Shown: positions 16,863 to 27,773, counted from the first letter of the stretch. The stretch: 64,000 nt of DNA from Candidatus Saccharimonadota bacterium (GCA_026395435.1 JAPLYT010000012.1:86332-150331); one strand, 5' to 3'. Program-made: numbers and translations. Notes: generated by a model not told the origin, from the letters alone.

Positions 16863-18473
16863 CTATTTTTTTAAAAGGCTTTCGATAAATCCACTGAACA
16901 TTGGATGCGGCACATTAGGTCGAGACAGGAATTCTGGGTGAAATTGGCTCGCCACGAAGTAAGGATGATCGATCGCTTCAATCATTTCTACGAGCGACCC
17001 ATCTGGTGATGTACCAACAGCGCGGATTCCCCAAGATTCATACTGATCTAGATAATCATTATTTGCTTCATAGCGGTGACGATGGCGCTCAGTTATGTTC
17101 GTTCTTTTATATAATCGAGCGGAAATACTATCTTTTGCTATGACACACGGATAATCGCCAAGTCGCATAGTCCCGCCAGTATTCTCCTTGCCTGCTTGAT
17201 CATGCATCGTATCAATCACTTTATCAGGGCTAGAGGCATCAAATTCAGCAGAGTTAGCTTGCTTGAGGCCACTCAATCGAGCAGCAGCAATTACACCTAC
17301 TTGCATACCTAAGCAAAGTCCAAGATATGGCAACTTATTCATGAGCGCGTACTGTGCTGCCAAGATCTTGCCTTCAACTCCCCTAGCACCAAATCCACCA
17401 GGTACCACAATGCCATCGAGCTTTTGTAAATATTTTTTGGCATCAGCTGGGCTTTTAATGTTTTCAGCATCAACCCATTGAATATCAATACCGGTATCGT
17501 GCGCCCATGAGGCAGCCTTTATAGCTTCAAACACTGACATATACGTATCCTGGTTATCCATATATTTAGCCACGACGCCAATTTTCTTCGTTACTTTTGG
17601 AATAGCGACGATCGAATCAACCATTTTTTCCCATTCCTTGAGATTTGGTTTTTTGGTTTTGAGATCAAGTTTTTTGACGATAAATTCGGCAATTCCTTGT
17701 TCCTCTAATGTCAAAGGAACTTCATATACCGTGCGGGCATTGGGTAGAATCGCAATCCCTGCTTCTGGAACGCCACAAAATGCACTCAGTTTTGTCCGTG
17801 TAGAGCCATTTGTTGGAACTTCGCTTCGAGCTACAAGTACATTCGGCAAAATCCCCATACTCCGTAGGTCTCGCACGGCATTTTGGGCAGGTTTAGTTTT
17901 AATTTCCTTACTCGTTGAAAGATATGGCATATACACTACATGCACGTAAAGACAATTTTCAAGGCCTACAACCGCACCGAGCTCTCGAATAGCTTCAAAG
18001 AATGCAGGACTCTCGTAATCGCCAACTGTCCCGCCAATTTCTACGATGTGAACATCAAACCCTTTACCGGCAGATATCACGGCGTCCATAATTGCATTGG
18101 TGAAATGAGGTACTAACTGAACAGTCTGACCCAAGAACTTACCTGCTCGTTCATCGTCAATAAGTTTACGGATGATACGACCGCTCATAACTGAACTATT
18201 TCTCGTAAGTTGGACGTCTAAGAATCGTTCATAATGACCAAGGTCTAGATCAGTCTCGGCTCCGTCGCGTGTAACAAAACATTCACCATGTTCTGCGGGG
18301 TTAAGTGTACCGGCGTCGACGTTGAGATATGGGTCGAGTTTCTGAATGTTTACCGAGAGACCGCGGGCCTTTAAAGTATTGCCGATGGAGGCGGCTGTAA
18401 TGCCCTTGCCTAATCCGGAAAGAACACCACCTGTAACAAACACATACTTAACTGGCTTTGCCAACGCGTTCAC
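16863..18473 (-). CDS. pyrG: CTP synthase
   Basis: 536-aa ORF with KYVFVTGGVLSGLGKGI at the N-terminus and a glutamine amidotransferase domain (GLCLGMQ, HRHRYE). Confidence 0.97.
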   Translation of the reverse strand: MNALAKPVKYVFVTGGVLSGLGKGITAASIGNTLKARGLSVNIQKLDPYLNVDAGTLNPAEHGECFVTRDGAETDLDLGHYERFLDVQLTRNSSVMSGRIIRKLIDDERAGKFLGQTVQLVPHFTNAIMDAVISAGKGFDVHIVEIGGTVGDYESPAFFEAIRELGAVVGLENCLYVHVVYMPYLSTSKEIKTKPAQNAVRDLRSMGILPNVLVARSEVPTNGSTRTKLSAFCGVPEAGIAILPNARTVYEVPLTLEEQGIAEFIVKKLDLKTKKPNLKEWEKMVDSIVAIPKVTKKIGVVAKYMDNQDTYMSVFEAIKAASWAHDTGIDIQWVDAENIKSPADAKKYLQKLDGIVVPGGFGARGVEGKILAAQYALMNKLPYLGLCLGMQVGVIAAARLSGLKQANSAEFDASSPDKVIDTMHDQAGKENTGGTMRLGDYPCVIAKDSISARLYKRTNITERHRHRYEANNDYLDQYESWGIRAVGTSPDGSLVEMIEAIDHPYFVASQFHPEFLSRPNVPHPMFSGFIESLLKK

Positions 18474-18523
18474 CTCTCTTTAATCCTTTGATACTAGCAG
18501 ATTGAACGCTAACAATAAAGCTT

Positions 18524-19726
18524 TTATTGTAACTTCGTGATCGCTGCGTCAAGTTGCGGGTCACGACCGGCTTTGTAATCGTCTTCGCTTCTCTCGACTT
18601 TTTGATCGGGTTGGATACCTTCTTTGTCTATATTCTTGCCATTAGGTGTATACCACCTGGCGACCGTGATCTTGAGCAGTCCACCATTTTTAAGCGTCTG
18701 CGGCTCTTGTACGCTACCCTTACCAAAGCTTTTCACACCTAGAAGTGTCGCAGCCTTATTGTCATGTAATGCACCGGCTGTTATTTCACTGGCACTTGCG
18801 CTGCCCTCATCTATTAACACTGTTGTTTGTATTCCTTCCAGTGGCGCTGTCCCCCGAGAAGAATAGGTTTTTATAATTTTACCATCTCGCTTCTCTTGCA
18901 GGACTGTCTTATTGTTTAGCCACAAACTTGAGACATCTACAGCTGCCTCGAGATAACCCCCGGGGTTACCCCGTAGGTCTAAAATTACCTTTGAAACGCC
19001 ATCGTTCTTGAATTTTTCTGCTGCAGTTCTACTCAACTCTGCTGTGTCATCGCCGAATCGTGAAATCTTGATATAACCGATGCCACTGTCGAGAACTTTT
19101 GATTCTACACTCGGTATATTGATTTCTTCTCGAGTAATTTCAAAGGTCAGGTCTTCTTTCTCATCGCGTATAATGCGTAGTTTCACTTTCGTGCCTTTTG
19201 GACCACGAATTTTCTCTACTGCTTTATCTACTGCCAACGTCGATGCATCTTTGCCATCAATTTCGGCGATCACATCTCTTGGCTGCAACCCTGCTTTTTT
19301 AGCGGGGAATCCATCAATTGGTGAGATTACTATGACGTTACCTTTATCATTCTTTCCAAGAAGCGCTCCAATACCTTCAAAAGTACCGCTTAGCTGGCCC
19401 TTAAAATCATTTGCTTTCTCTGGCGGCATATATTCGGTATATGGGTCGCCACTTGCTGCAACGAGCCCTGTCTTTAAGCCATCGAGCAACTTAGCATTAT
19501 CAAGTTTACCGTCGAAATTCTGTCGTAACTCATCGTAAATCTGCTCAACACTCGAGTAATCAAGATTGTTTGGTGCATTAGTTTGAACCGAAGCGTTTTG
19601 TTGAATTAGGTTTATTTTCCCGCTGCCGAGAGACCACCCGGCACCAAAAATTAATAGCCCAACGAGTAGCACGCCGTAATATTTTACAATATTGTTTGAT
19701 TGTTTTTTATCATTAATTAACACCAA
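18524..19726 (-). CDS. S41 family C-terminal processing peptidase with PDZ domain
   Basis: 400-aa ORF with an N-terminal TM anchor and a PDZ domain (PAKKAGLQPRDVI). The catalytic region carries GSASASE and a downstream Lys. Confidence 0.9.
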   Translation of the reverse strand: MVLINDKKQSNNIVKYYGVLLVGLLIFGAGWSLGSGKINLIQQNASVQTNAPNNLDYSSVEQIYDELRQNFDGKLDNAKLLDGLKTGLVAASGDPYTEYMPPEKANDFKGQLSGTFEGIGALLGKNDKGNVIVISPIDGFPAKKAGLQPRDVIAEIDGKDASTLAVDKAVEKIRGPKGTKVKLRIIRDEKEDLTFEITREEINIPSVESKVLDSGIGYIKISRFGDDTAELSRTAAEKFKNDGVSKVILDLRGNPGGYLEAAVDVSSLWLNNKTVLQEKRDGKIIKTYSSRGTAPLEGIQTTVLIDEGSASASEITAGALHDNKAATLLGVKSFGKGSVQEPQTLKNGGLLKITVARWYTPNGKNIDKEGIQPDQKVERSEDDYKAGRDPQLDAAITKLQ

Positions 19727-19823
19727 AACCCCCCAAGTTTTATATACCGTTATGCGACTCTCATAGTACCTGTTTACTTTGTAATTTACTATACGTTTTG
19801 GATACTTAAGGAATCCTGAGGAT

Positions 19824-20996
19824 CTAGAAATTTCTTGTCTGGTATGTCAGCCTACCGTCAAGATAGGTATTGTACTCTGAAGTCGTAAAGGTACTGCCGG
19901 AAACTCCTTCAACATACATTGCGTGCCCCCAATATCCACTCGTACTGATGGCGACGTCTCCTGGTTGTGGCGAGCGTGTTACTTCTACACCCCGTGCATA
20001 TGCTGCAGCAACCCAATCTCGTGCGTTTCCATAGTACATCGGAGCAGAGCGTCCTGAGGCGGCTACGGCCCACGCTGCATAGGATACACATTGTCTCGTA
20101 CAATAGCCCCAAGCATCAGGACCATCGTTATCGACACATCCCGGCCCTGGGCTCATACCAAATCCAGCATTTGCATATGGGTAACTACTCGGACTAAATG
20201 ACCCGACAGTCCCAGCAAATCGTAGGAAATAATAGCCACCATCAGGGTTAAAGTTCGCACGACGCTGCGATGCGATCAATCCATCGATTTTTGATTGATT
20301 GTCTTTGGTCTTCTGATTAAATTCGTTTTGTTGACCTTCATTGTAGGCGAGTAAATTGCCTTGTTCGCTCCTACTTTCATTCAATTGCGTCTGTTGCTCA
20401 TTCTGGACCTTAAGTAATGCTTCTACGCTTTCTTTTTTGCCAGTAAGTTCTAATTTTATAGCGGTGATTTTCTCTAGCGTTACCCTGATTTTATCTTTAA
20501 CTGAGTTCCGATATTGCTCTTTATCGACAAACTCGCTAAGATCTTTGCTCGATGCAAGCATTTCAATCGTCGAGATTTTACCTTCAAGATAAATTGCCTT
20601 AATATTTTCACCAAGTAAGGCTTTTTGCTTCGCAAGTTCTGCTTCTGCCGTCGTTATATCAGCCTGAAGCTTTTGCTGCTCCGCGGTATTTGCATCGATT
20701 TGACCTTGCAATGCATCAATGGCTGCTTTTAGCTGTGCGATAGCGTCCTGATAGCTGGTAGCCTCCCCTTGCAAACGAGCAATAGTACTTTTATATTCAG
20801 CATTCTGTTGCTGTAAACTTGTTATTTGCTCTTGGACGCTTGCAGCTTTCACAAATCTGTCTTTTGGTACAACAGCAAATACCGTCAAAAGCACTGCGAT
20901 AAAAACAGTCAGTGTTTTGTATAGAATTTTTTTATGTAGGATTTTTTGTGTTAGCATAAGCTTTTTAATATTACCACAAAGCATAGGTTTCGGCAA
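19824..20996 (-). CDS. coiled-coil plus CHAP-domain peptidoglycan hydrolase (PcsB-like)
   Basis: 390-aa ORF with a signal anchor, about 200 aa of heptad-rich coiled coil, and a C-terminal CHAP domain (CTRQCVSYAAW ... GHAMYVEGV). It lies immediately downstream of ftsEX. Confidence 0.8.
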   Translation of the reverse strand: MPKPMLCGNIKKLMLTQKILHKKILYKTLTVFIAVLLTVFAVVPKDRFVKAASVQEQITSLQQQNAEYKSTIARLQGEATSYQDAIAQLKAAIDALQGQIDANTAEQQKLQADITTAEAELAKQKALLGENIKAIYLEGKISTIEMLASSKDLSEFVDKEQYRNSVKDKIRVTLEKITAIKLELTGKKESVEALLKVQNEQQTQLNESRSEQGNLLAYNEGQQNEFNQKTKDNQSKIDGLIASQRRANFNPDGGYYFLRFAGTVGSFSPSSYPYANAGFGMSPGPGCVDNDGPDAWGYCTRQCVSYAAWAVAASGRSAPMYYGNARDWVAAAYARGVEVTRSPQPGDVAISTSGYWGHAMYVEGVSGSTFTTSEYNTYLDGRLTYQTRNF

Positions 20997-21010
20997 TATC
21001 TAGGGCTACC

Positions 21011-21961
21011 CTATTTGCTCGTTTTAAATTTTAAGTAACGTCTGGTAGCGATTATGGACGAGACAGCCCCAATCAAGATCCCAACGCCGAGCTGCAAGCC
21101 AAGAAACATAAGGAATCGGCTGCTGAAATAGTTGCTTGAATATTTGATATCAAGGATGCCCAGGCTACTTGCCTCAAACGCCCTGGCTGATACGGTAAAT
21201 ATCGTCTTGATAATTACAATCGATAAAATTCCCGAGACAACGCCATACAGAATACTCTCTACAATAAACGGTCCCCGAATGAAATTAGTACTAGCCCCGA
21301 GTAATCGCATGATCGTTAATTCGTCTCTTCTATTAAAGATGGCCATCTGAATGGTATTGAAAATAATCAACATAGAGATGAACGCAAAGATGATAATTCC
21401 AGCGATACCGGCTTTCTTGAAGAAACTCGTTGCACTGGTAATTTTATCAATGGCGTCCTTACGGTCACCAGAGTATGACGTTTTATCAGATTGTAATATC
21501 GTAATTTCTTTTTTTTCAAGGAATTGCTTGATCGATTCTATTTTGTTCGGATCACGTGGTTTAATCTGAATTGTTGCAGGAAGTGGATTATCTGTCTGAG
21601 ATATCGCCTGCTGGAGACTGGCATCGTTTTCGTTCTGCTTTTTATACGCAGCGAGCGCTTGGTCTTTACTTATAAACGTAACGTCCCGTACATTATCAAG
21701 ATTTTTAATTTGAGTGATTAATTTGTCGCGAGAGCTTACCGAAACTGAGTCCTTCAGGTATACCGATACATCGATTTTATCGGTGAATTGCTGAATGGTG
21801 TTGCTAAATGTTGCGTTTGCAATAATTGAAAACAAAATAATGGTTAGTGTGATCACCATTACAGCCATCGCCGCTACACCGAGCCACGCATTACGAGCAA
21901 AGTTGGTTAACCCGGTCTTAAAAATTCTTCGCCCCATTATCATGCTGCGCGTAATATTCAT
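21011..21961 (-). CDS. ftsX: cell division ABC-transporter permease-like protein FtsX
   Basis: 316-aa ORF with 4 TM segments and a large first extracytoplasmic loop. It overlaps ftsE by 4 nt. Confidence 0.9.
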   Translation of the reverse strand: MNITRSMIMGRRIFKTGLTNFARNAWLGVAAMAVMVITLTIILFSIIANATFSNTIQQFTDKIDVSVYLKDSVSVSSRDKLITQIKNLDNVRDVTFISKDQALAAYKKQNENDASLQQAISQTDNPLPATIQIKPRDPNKIESIKQFLEKKEITILQSDKTSYSGDRKDAIDKITSATSFFKKAGIAGIIIFAFISMLIIFNTIQMAIFNRRDELTIMRLLGASTNFIRGPFIVESILYGVVSGILSIVIIKTIFTVSARAFEASSLGILDIKYSSNYFSSRFLMFLGLQLGVGILIGAVSSIIATRRYLKFKTSK

Positions 21962-22638
21962 GAACGATACTCCGCATTTGCTCGGTCGCTCACAATCTGA
22001 CCATCTTGCATGGTAATCACGCGACGTTTAAGTTTATTGACGATTTCTTGGTTGTGGGTGGTTAAGATTACTGTAGTACCAAAGCGATTTATCTTCTCGA
22101 GCACCCGTATAACGTCCCAGGCATGCTTAGGATCAAGGTTACCGGTTGGCTCATCAGCGATGAGAATTCGCGGCTGTCTCACAATTGCTCGGGCAATCGC
22201 AACTCTTTGACGCTCTCCTCCAGAAAGTTCACGCGGCATGCGCTTTTCTTTGCCCTTCAGACCTACTATGTCGAGAACCCGAGGGACCGTATGGTGAATT
22301 TCCTTGTTCCCCATGCCAACTATTTCAAGAGCAAAGGCAACATTTTCAAATACTGTTTTATTGGGAAGTAGTTTAAAATCCTGGAATACGACGCCAATTT
22401 TACGTCGAAGGAGTGGAATCTCTTTGTCCTTAAGCGTCTCGTAATCTATCCCACCGACGATTATCTTACCCGTTGTTGGCTTCTCTTCCCTAGTAAGTAA
22501 CTTAAGAAGCGTCGATTTACCGGCGCCACTAGGGCCAACGATAATTACGAATTCTTTAGGCTCAACGTGGAGGCTGATTCGCTCTAATGCTTGTCCATTT
22601 TTATTATACGTCTTGGTTACTCTGTCTAATAGAATCAT
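21958..22638 (-). CDS. ftsE: cell division ATP-binding protein FtsE
   Basis: Walker A GPSGAGKST, signature LSGGERQR and Walker B ILIADEPT. I prefer the start at MILLDRVTKTY; the track ORF extends to 22656. Confidence 0.92.
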   Translation of the reverse strand: MILLDRVTKTYNKNGQALERISLHVEPKEFVIIVGPSGAGKSTLLKLLTREEKPTTGKIIVGGIDYETLKDKEIPLLRRKIGVVFQDFKLLPNKTVFENVAFALEIVGMGNKEIHHTVPRVLDIVGLKGKEKRMPRELSGGERQRVAIARAIVRQPRILIADEPTGNLDPKHAWDVIRVLEKINRFGTTVILTTHNQEIVNKLKRRVITMQDGQIVSDRANAEYRS

Positions 22639-22701
22639 GTAGATCCAGTATAGCAAATTGCTAGCGTTTTGCGGGGGACTTTAATGATAATACGATGGCT
22701 A

Positions 22702-23784
22702 TTATGAAAAATTCATTTCTAGGTATGCAGAAATAAATGGTTCAATATTCCCAGCCAAGACGCCTTCGGCGTCACTCGTTTCATATCTGGTTCTCAGATC
22801 CTTCACTTGTTTGTATGGATGCAATACATAACTTCTAATCTGATTGCCCCATTCGGCAGACTGGTTAGGTCCTTTAATCTCATCAAGGTGATCTTTGTGC
22901 TGCTCGATTTGGAGGACGGCTAATCTTGACCGTATGACGGTCATGGCTGTCTCTTTGTTTTGAAGCTGTGATCGTTCGTTTTGGATTGATACGGTAACGC
23001 CACTGGGGATATGGGTGATTCGAACTGCCGAGTCTGTCGTGTTGACGCTCTGTCCTCCGTGGCCACCTGCCCTATAAACATCAATCTTAAGATCTTTAGG
23101 GTCGATTTCAAGTTCGTCTGGCCGGTCTATCTTGGGCATGACGTCTACTTTGGCGAAACTGGTCTGCCGTAAGCTATCTGAATTAAATGGACTCAAACGA
23201 ACTAAACGATGTACTCCATGCTCAGAGGCCAACTTGCCATAGGCGAATGGTCCATTAATTTCTAATGTAGCGCGCTTAAGGCCGGCTTCTTCCCCGGCTG
23301 ATTCTTCGATGAGCGTGATAGACATATTTTGCTGTTCTGCCCACCGTGTGTACATTCTCAGAAGCATTGCGGTCCAATCTTGGGCATCAGTGCCTCCAGC
23401 GCCAGCAGAAAGTGTGATAACCGCATCATGATCATCATACTTCCCATTAAATCTCAGTTCTGCTTTTAAGGCGTCAAATTTCGAAGTTGCTTGTTCAAGC
23501 GAAGTTTGTAGATCTGCTTGCAACGATTCATCACCGAGCGACGCCATTTCGGATAACTCTGTCAGTTGTGAGCCGAGCTGTTTCCAAGGCTCTACACGCG
23601 ATTGTAGCGCGGATTGCTTCTTCATTATCTCTTGAGCGGCAAGATTATCATCCCAGAAGCCAGTCTCTGCTATTTTCTCAGAAATTGATTGAAGTTCATG
23701 CTCTAATTGAGAGATATTGAGCCGTTCGATTGCAGTATCATATGCACTTCGAAGCACGTTAGTTTTTTTCTGTATTTCATCCAT
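22702..23784 (-). CDS. prfB: peptide chain release factor 2 (single uninterrupted frame)
   Basis: 360-aa ORF with the SPF tripeptide (RLSPFNS) and GGQ (GGHGGQSVN). The N-terminus is in the same frame, so no programmed +1 frameshift is needed. Confidence 0.95.
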   Translation of the reverse strand: MDEIQKKTNVLRSAYDTAIERLNISQLEHELQSISEKIAETGFWDDNLAAQEIMKKQSALQSRVEPWKQLGSQLTELSEMASLGDESLQADLQTSLEQATSKFDALKAELRFNGKYDDHDAVITLSAGAGGTDAQDWTAMLLRMYTRWAEQQNMSITLIEESAGEEAGLKRATLEINGPFAYGKLASEHGVHRLVRLSPFNSDSLRQTSFAKVDVMPKIDRPDELEIDPKDLKIDVYRAGGHGGQSVNTTDSAVRITHIPSGVTVSIQNERSQLQNKETAMTVIRSRLAVLQIEQHKDHLDEIKGPNQSAEWGNQIRSYVLHPYKQVKDLRTRYETSDAEGVLAGNIEPFISAYLEMNFS

Positions 23785-23844
23785 AGAGGTAGTATAAATC
23801 AGTTACTCTAATCTAGAAAGCAACGCTGTTGTCATCTATTTCTG

Positions 23845-25155
23845 CTATTTATCCTTAAGCCATAACACGGCGGCTTGGTCTTGGAGTTTACGAGCGAATT
23901 CTTCGCTGGCATTACCAAGTACGCCGAGCCCCCAAATGTTATCTTCGAACAACGACAAACTCACATCAACAATCCCCTGTTTCGTAATGGCCGCAATTCG
24001 TTCAGGAACTTTATAGTAATCATCAATTTCTCCGTCAAAGAAATATCGCCAGCTATATCCGCTGGCAGTACCGCCTACCGTCTGCCCACTCCGCTGGTAT
24101 CGCCCTAGTGCATATTGTTTAGCAGAGTCGATATCTTCGGGCGATATTTTGCCTCGAAATACTTCTGAAAGTTCATGCGTAATGATTTCAAATAGAGCTG
24201 GTGCGTTCTGAGGCATAACTTGCGCGCCGAACCACCAGTTTGAACTATTTGTTGCCTGACCAATACCAGAACTCATGCTATAGACGAGCCCTTTTTCGCG
24301 AGCGGTACCGAGAATCCGTGAATACAGAGTTTCGGTAAGCATGGTGTTTATCAAACTTAGATTATCCGATTCAGGATCGGTGAGCTGGTGGCAAGCGAAT
24401 GTATCGAGATAAAAATACATATTCTCAATAGTGTCATTGTGGATATACAGGGGTGTATCAATTTTCTTCGGATGCTCAACTGGTAGCTCGGGCCTCCCAT
24501 TACCAAGAGGTAGTTCTATCGTTGAGACAAGTTTTTCGATCAATTTTCTTCGAGTCGCATTCAGGTTACCAGCCATGACAAAACGAAGATTGCTACTGGT
24601 GTGCGTTTTTGTATAGTGCTCCCGGATATCATCTACCGATACATTACCCATCAGAAGCAATCTATCTTGGTCGGTTTTTGATACAAATCCATATTTTTCG
24701 CGGAGTGCTAAGTTGAGATGACGAAAATGATTATTAGACCTTGCATTGAGCTCTTCACGCACATTACCAAATTCGGCCTCAAATTCCTCATCTAAGAATA
24801 GTGGCTTCGTAATGGCGGTAAGAAGTAACCCCAGGATACGATCCCATTCGAAATCGGCACATTCTGCTTCATAAATCACATCATAGCTGCTTGTTGAGGC
24901 ATTACTATACGCTCCGTTTTTCTCAAATTCAGCTTGAAAAGCACGAGCTTTAGGCACCAGTTCATTCGCTCCAATCAGCATATGCTCCATTAAGTGTGCT
25001 GTTTCCCACTTTGCAGGATCGACAAGATAATCACCTGCCCGGAAGTTATATTCAAAGGACATGACGCTTGCGTCAGGTACATGGATGAGGAGACCAGCGG
25101 CCCCATTTTTGAGTTTTATTTCTGTAACCGTATGTTTCATAGCAGTATATGTCAT
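23845..25155 (-). CDS. M16 (pitrilysin/insulinase) family zinc peptidase
   Basis: 436-aa ORF with the inverted zinc motif HLMEH (HxxEH) and a downstream Glu. Confidence 0.85.
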   Translation of the reverse strand: MTYTAMKHTVTEIKLKNGAAGLLIHVPDASVMSFEYNFRAGDYLVDPAKWETAHLMEHMLIGANELVPKARAFQAEFEKNGAYSNASTSSYDVIYEAECADFEWDRILGLLLTAITKPLFLDEEFEAEFGNVREELNARSNNHFRHLNLALREKYGFVSKTDQDRLLLMGNVSVDDIREHYTKTHTSSNLRFVMAGNLNATRRKLIEKLVSTIELPLGNGRPELPVEHPKKIDTPLYIHNDTIENMYFYLDTFACHQLTDPESDNLSLINTMLTETLYSRILGTAREKGLVYSMSSGIGQATNSSNWWFGAQVMPQNAPALFEIITHELSEVFRGKISPEDIDSAKQYALGRYQRSGQTVGGTASGYSWRYFFDGEIDDYYKVPERIAAITKQGIVDVSLSLFEDNIWGLGVLGNASEEFARKLQDQAAVLWLKDK

Positions 25156-25202
25156 ACACCCGAGAGGACCGACAAAGTATCGAACCTTAGCGTGTGATTC
25201 GA

Positions 25203-27773
25203 CTAGTTCCTTTTACCCTTTTTACGACGTTGACGTTCTGCTTTTCGAGCTTTTTTGCGTGCATTTTCTGCAAGTTTTTTCTTACTTCCACCAGTTGTAG
25301 TAGTTTTAGTTGAGGCTACGAAGTCTTCTTCATTAAATTCTTCTGCTTCGATAATCTTATCGGCATTCGCAACAGAATTACGTGCCGCCTTCGTAAGTTC
25401 AGTCTCGATCGGAGCATCACTTACTTCAGTTGGTTCGGCGGCGAATAATGATCGAACCACGTCATGTCGCAACTCACCCTGCATTTCTTCAAACATATGC
25501 TGTCCTTGACGTCGATATTCAACCAATGGATCTCTCTGACCAACACTTATCCAGTGAATACCTTCGCGTAAATGATCCATATTCTCTAGATGTTGCATCC
25601 ACAGGTCGTCAAGAATCTGCAAGTAAATATCGCGCTCTACTTTACGGAGAGTATCGCTTGAAAATGCCTTTTCTTTTTCACCGTATAATTCAGTGACTGC
25701 CGTTCCTAATTCTTTTGAAAATGTATCCGGCGTATTATTGAAAAGTTTATCGAGAGTTTTTTCATCGAACGGAAATAGTTCCCGAAGGATAGCTTCATAC
25801 TTATCGGTTGTAGCAAGCGGTGATCCGGCAATCAGCTTAGCTTCTTCAGATAAGAATAGTTTAATCCGCTTACTAATGTCGGGTTGATTCAATATTTCTC
25901 GTCGCATGGCATAGGTTGCCTTACGGTGACGATTCATGACGTCGTCATATTGAACAACGTTTTTACGTTGATCGAAGTTATGTCCTTCAACTTTCTTTTG
26001 GGCAGATTCTAGACTCTTCGAAATAATTCTATTTTCGATTGGTGTTTCGTCATCAACCTTAAGTCGATCCATGACGCTCGCAATCCGCTCACCACCAAAT
26101 ATCCGCATAAGATCATCTTCGGTACTTACGAAGAATTGCGTAACACCAGGGTCACCCTGACGTCCTGCACGACCACGCAACTGATTATCGATTCGTCGTG
26201 ATTCGTGTCGCTCTGAGCCCAGGACGAAGAGACCTCCGAGTTCTTTTACATCGTCGGTCAAAACAATATCCGTTCCACGTCCAGCGATGTTTGTTGCGAG
26301 GGTTACTGCACCTGCTTCACCGGCATGAGAAATAATTTCTGCTTCACGTTCATTATTCTTGGCATTCAAAATTTGATGCGGAACACCTTGTTTTTCAAGA
26401 AGTCGAGCAAGTTTTTCATTTTTCTCGATGGATACCGTACCAATAAGAACAGGCTGCCCTTTTTGATGGAGTACTTTTACTTCGCGTGCGATAGCTTTGA
26501 ATTTGCCGTCTTCTGTCTTATAAATTCTATCTGGACGGTCAATACGAGCAATGCCTCGGTTTGACGGGATCTCCAGTACATCAAGTTTGTATACTTGATG
26601 GAATTCTTCACTTTCAGTCTGGGCGGTACCAGTCATTCCTGCTAATTTATCGTACAGTCGGAAATAATTCTGGAAACTAATCGTGGCAAGCGTCATCGAT
26701 TCTTCTTGTACTTCTACACCTTCTTTTGCCTCAATTGCCTGGTGAAGTCCTTCATTATACCGGCGACCCTTGAGCAGACGACCCGTGAAGTCATCTACAA
26801 TGACCACTTCACCGTCACTTGTCACCACATAGTCTTTGTCTCGCTTAAATAATGCCTGGGCTTTTAGTGCTTGATCGAGGTGATACAAAATTCGAATATT
26901 GTTGCTCGCGAATAAGGTTTTTACACCTAAAATCTTTTCAACAAATTCCACACCGTCGTCAGTAAGGACGGAGGCTTTTCGCTTCTCGTCTATCTCGTAA
27001 TGTTTCTCAACTTTTAGCTGACGGGCTACTTTCGCAAACTGTGCGTAGGAGCTTCCGCTTGTCATTGCTGGTGCAGAAATAATAAGCGGCGTTCGTGCTT
27101 CGTCAATCAGGATTGAATCCACCTCATCAACAATTGCAAAGTTAAGGTCGCGCTGACGGAGCTGCTCAACTTCTCGAACCATATTATCCCGAAGATAATC
27201 AAAGCCGAATTCATTGTTTGTACCATATGTCACGTCTGCAGCATATGCTTTATCTTGGTGGTTTTTGTTCACAAACTCTTCATCATAAATATATGATTCG
27301 TCGGCAATAATCACGCCCGTAGTTAAGCCTAGGAAGCTGTAAACTTGAGCCATCCAACCAGCATCACGCTGAGCAAGGTAGTCGTTCACCGTCACAACAT
27401 GGACACCTTTACCACTCAAAGCGTTCAAATATACCGGCGCCGTCGCGACCAGCGTCTTACCCTCACCAGTTTTCATTTCGGCTACGCTACCTTCGTGAAG
27501 TGCCATACCACCAACGAGTTGAACGTCGAAATGCCGTTGCCCTAACGCTCTGGTTGCTGCCTCACGCACTACGGCAAAAGCATCGGGCATAATTTTATCG
27601 AGTGACTCTTTTTTGAGTCTGTTTTTTAAGACCGTAGTCTGATCTTTCAGTTTTGCATCTGATAATTTAGAGTAAGTGTCTGCGAGCGCATTTATATCTT
27701 TTACGCGCTTTCGCAGCCGTTTAACGGTTTTCGCCTGTGGATCACCCAGAATTTTTTTAAATACCTTTTTCAT
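25203..27773 (-). CDS. secA: preprotein translocase ATPase SecA
   Basis: 856-aa ORF with MKTGEGKTL, DEVDSILIDEARTPLIIS and TNMAGRGTD-like (TNIAGRGTD) motifs. It has a Lys/Arg-rich C-terminal tail and no zinc-finger cysteines. Confidence 0.97.
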   Translation of the reverse strand: MKKVFKKILGDPQAKTVKRLRKRVKDINALADTYSKLSDAKLKDQTTVLKNRLKKESLDKIMPDAFAVVREAATRALGQRHFDVQLVGGMALHEGSVAEMKTGEGKTLVATAPVYLNALSGKGVHVVTVNDYLAQRDAGWMAQVYSFLGLTTGVIIADESYIYDEEFVNKNHQDKAYAADVTYGTNNEFGFDYLRDNMVREVEQLRQRDLNFAIVDEVDSILIDEARTPLIISAPAMTSGSSYAQFAKVARQLKVEKHYEIDEKRKASVLTDDGVEFVEKILGVKTLFASNNIRILYHLDQALKAQALFKRDKDYVVTSDGEVVIVDDFTGRLLKGRRYNEGLHQAIEAKEGVEVQEESMTLATISFQNYFRLYDKLAGMTGTAQTESEEFHQVYKLDVLEIPSNRGIARIDRPDRIYKTEDGKFKAIAREVKVLHQKGQPVLIGTVSIEKNEKLARLLEKQGVPHQILNAKNNEREAEIISHAGEAGAVTLATNIAGRGTDIVLTDDVKELGGLFVLGSERHESRRIDNQLRGRAGRQGDPGVTQFFVSTEDDLMRIFGGERIASVMDRLKVDDETPIENRIISKSLESAQKKVEGHNFDQRKNVVQYDDVMNRHRKATYAMRREILNQPDISKRIKLFLSEEAKLIAGSPLATTDKYEAILRELFPFDEKTLDKLFNNTPDTFSKELGTAVTELYGEKEKAFSSDTLRKVERDIYLQILDDLWMQHLENMDHLREGIHWISVGQRDPLVEYRRQGQHMFEEMQGELRHDVVRSLFAAEPTEVSDAPIETELTKAARNSVANADKIIEAEEFNEEDFVASTKTTTTGGSKKKLAENARKKARKAERQRRKKGKRN

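Noticed and set aside
22702-23784. Programmed +1 frameshift in prfB
   Set aside because: The full 360-aa RF2, including its N-terminus, is encoded in one frame. There is no in-frame early UGA or CUU UGA motif.
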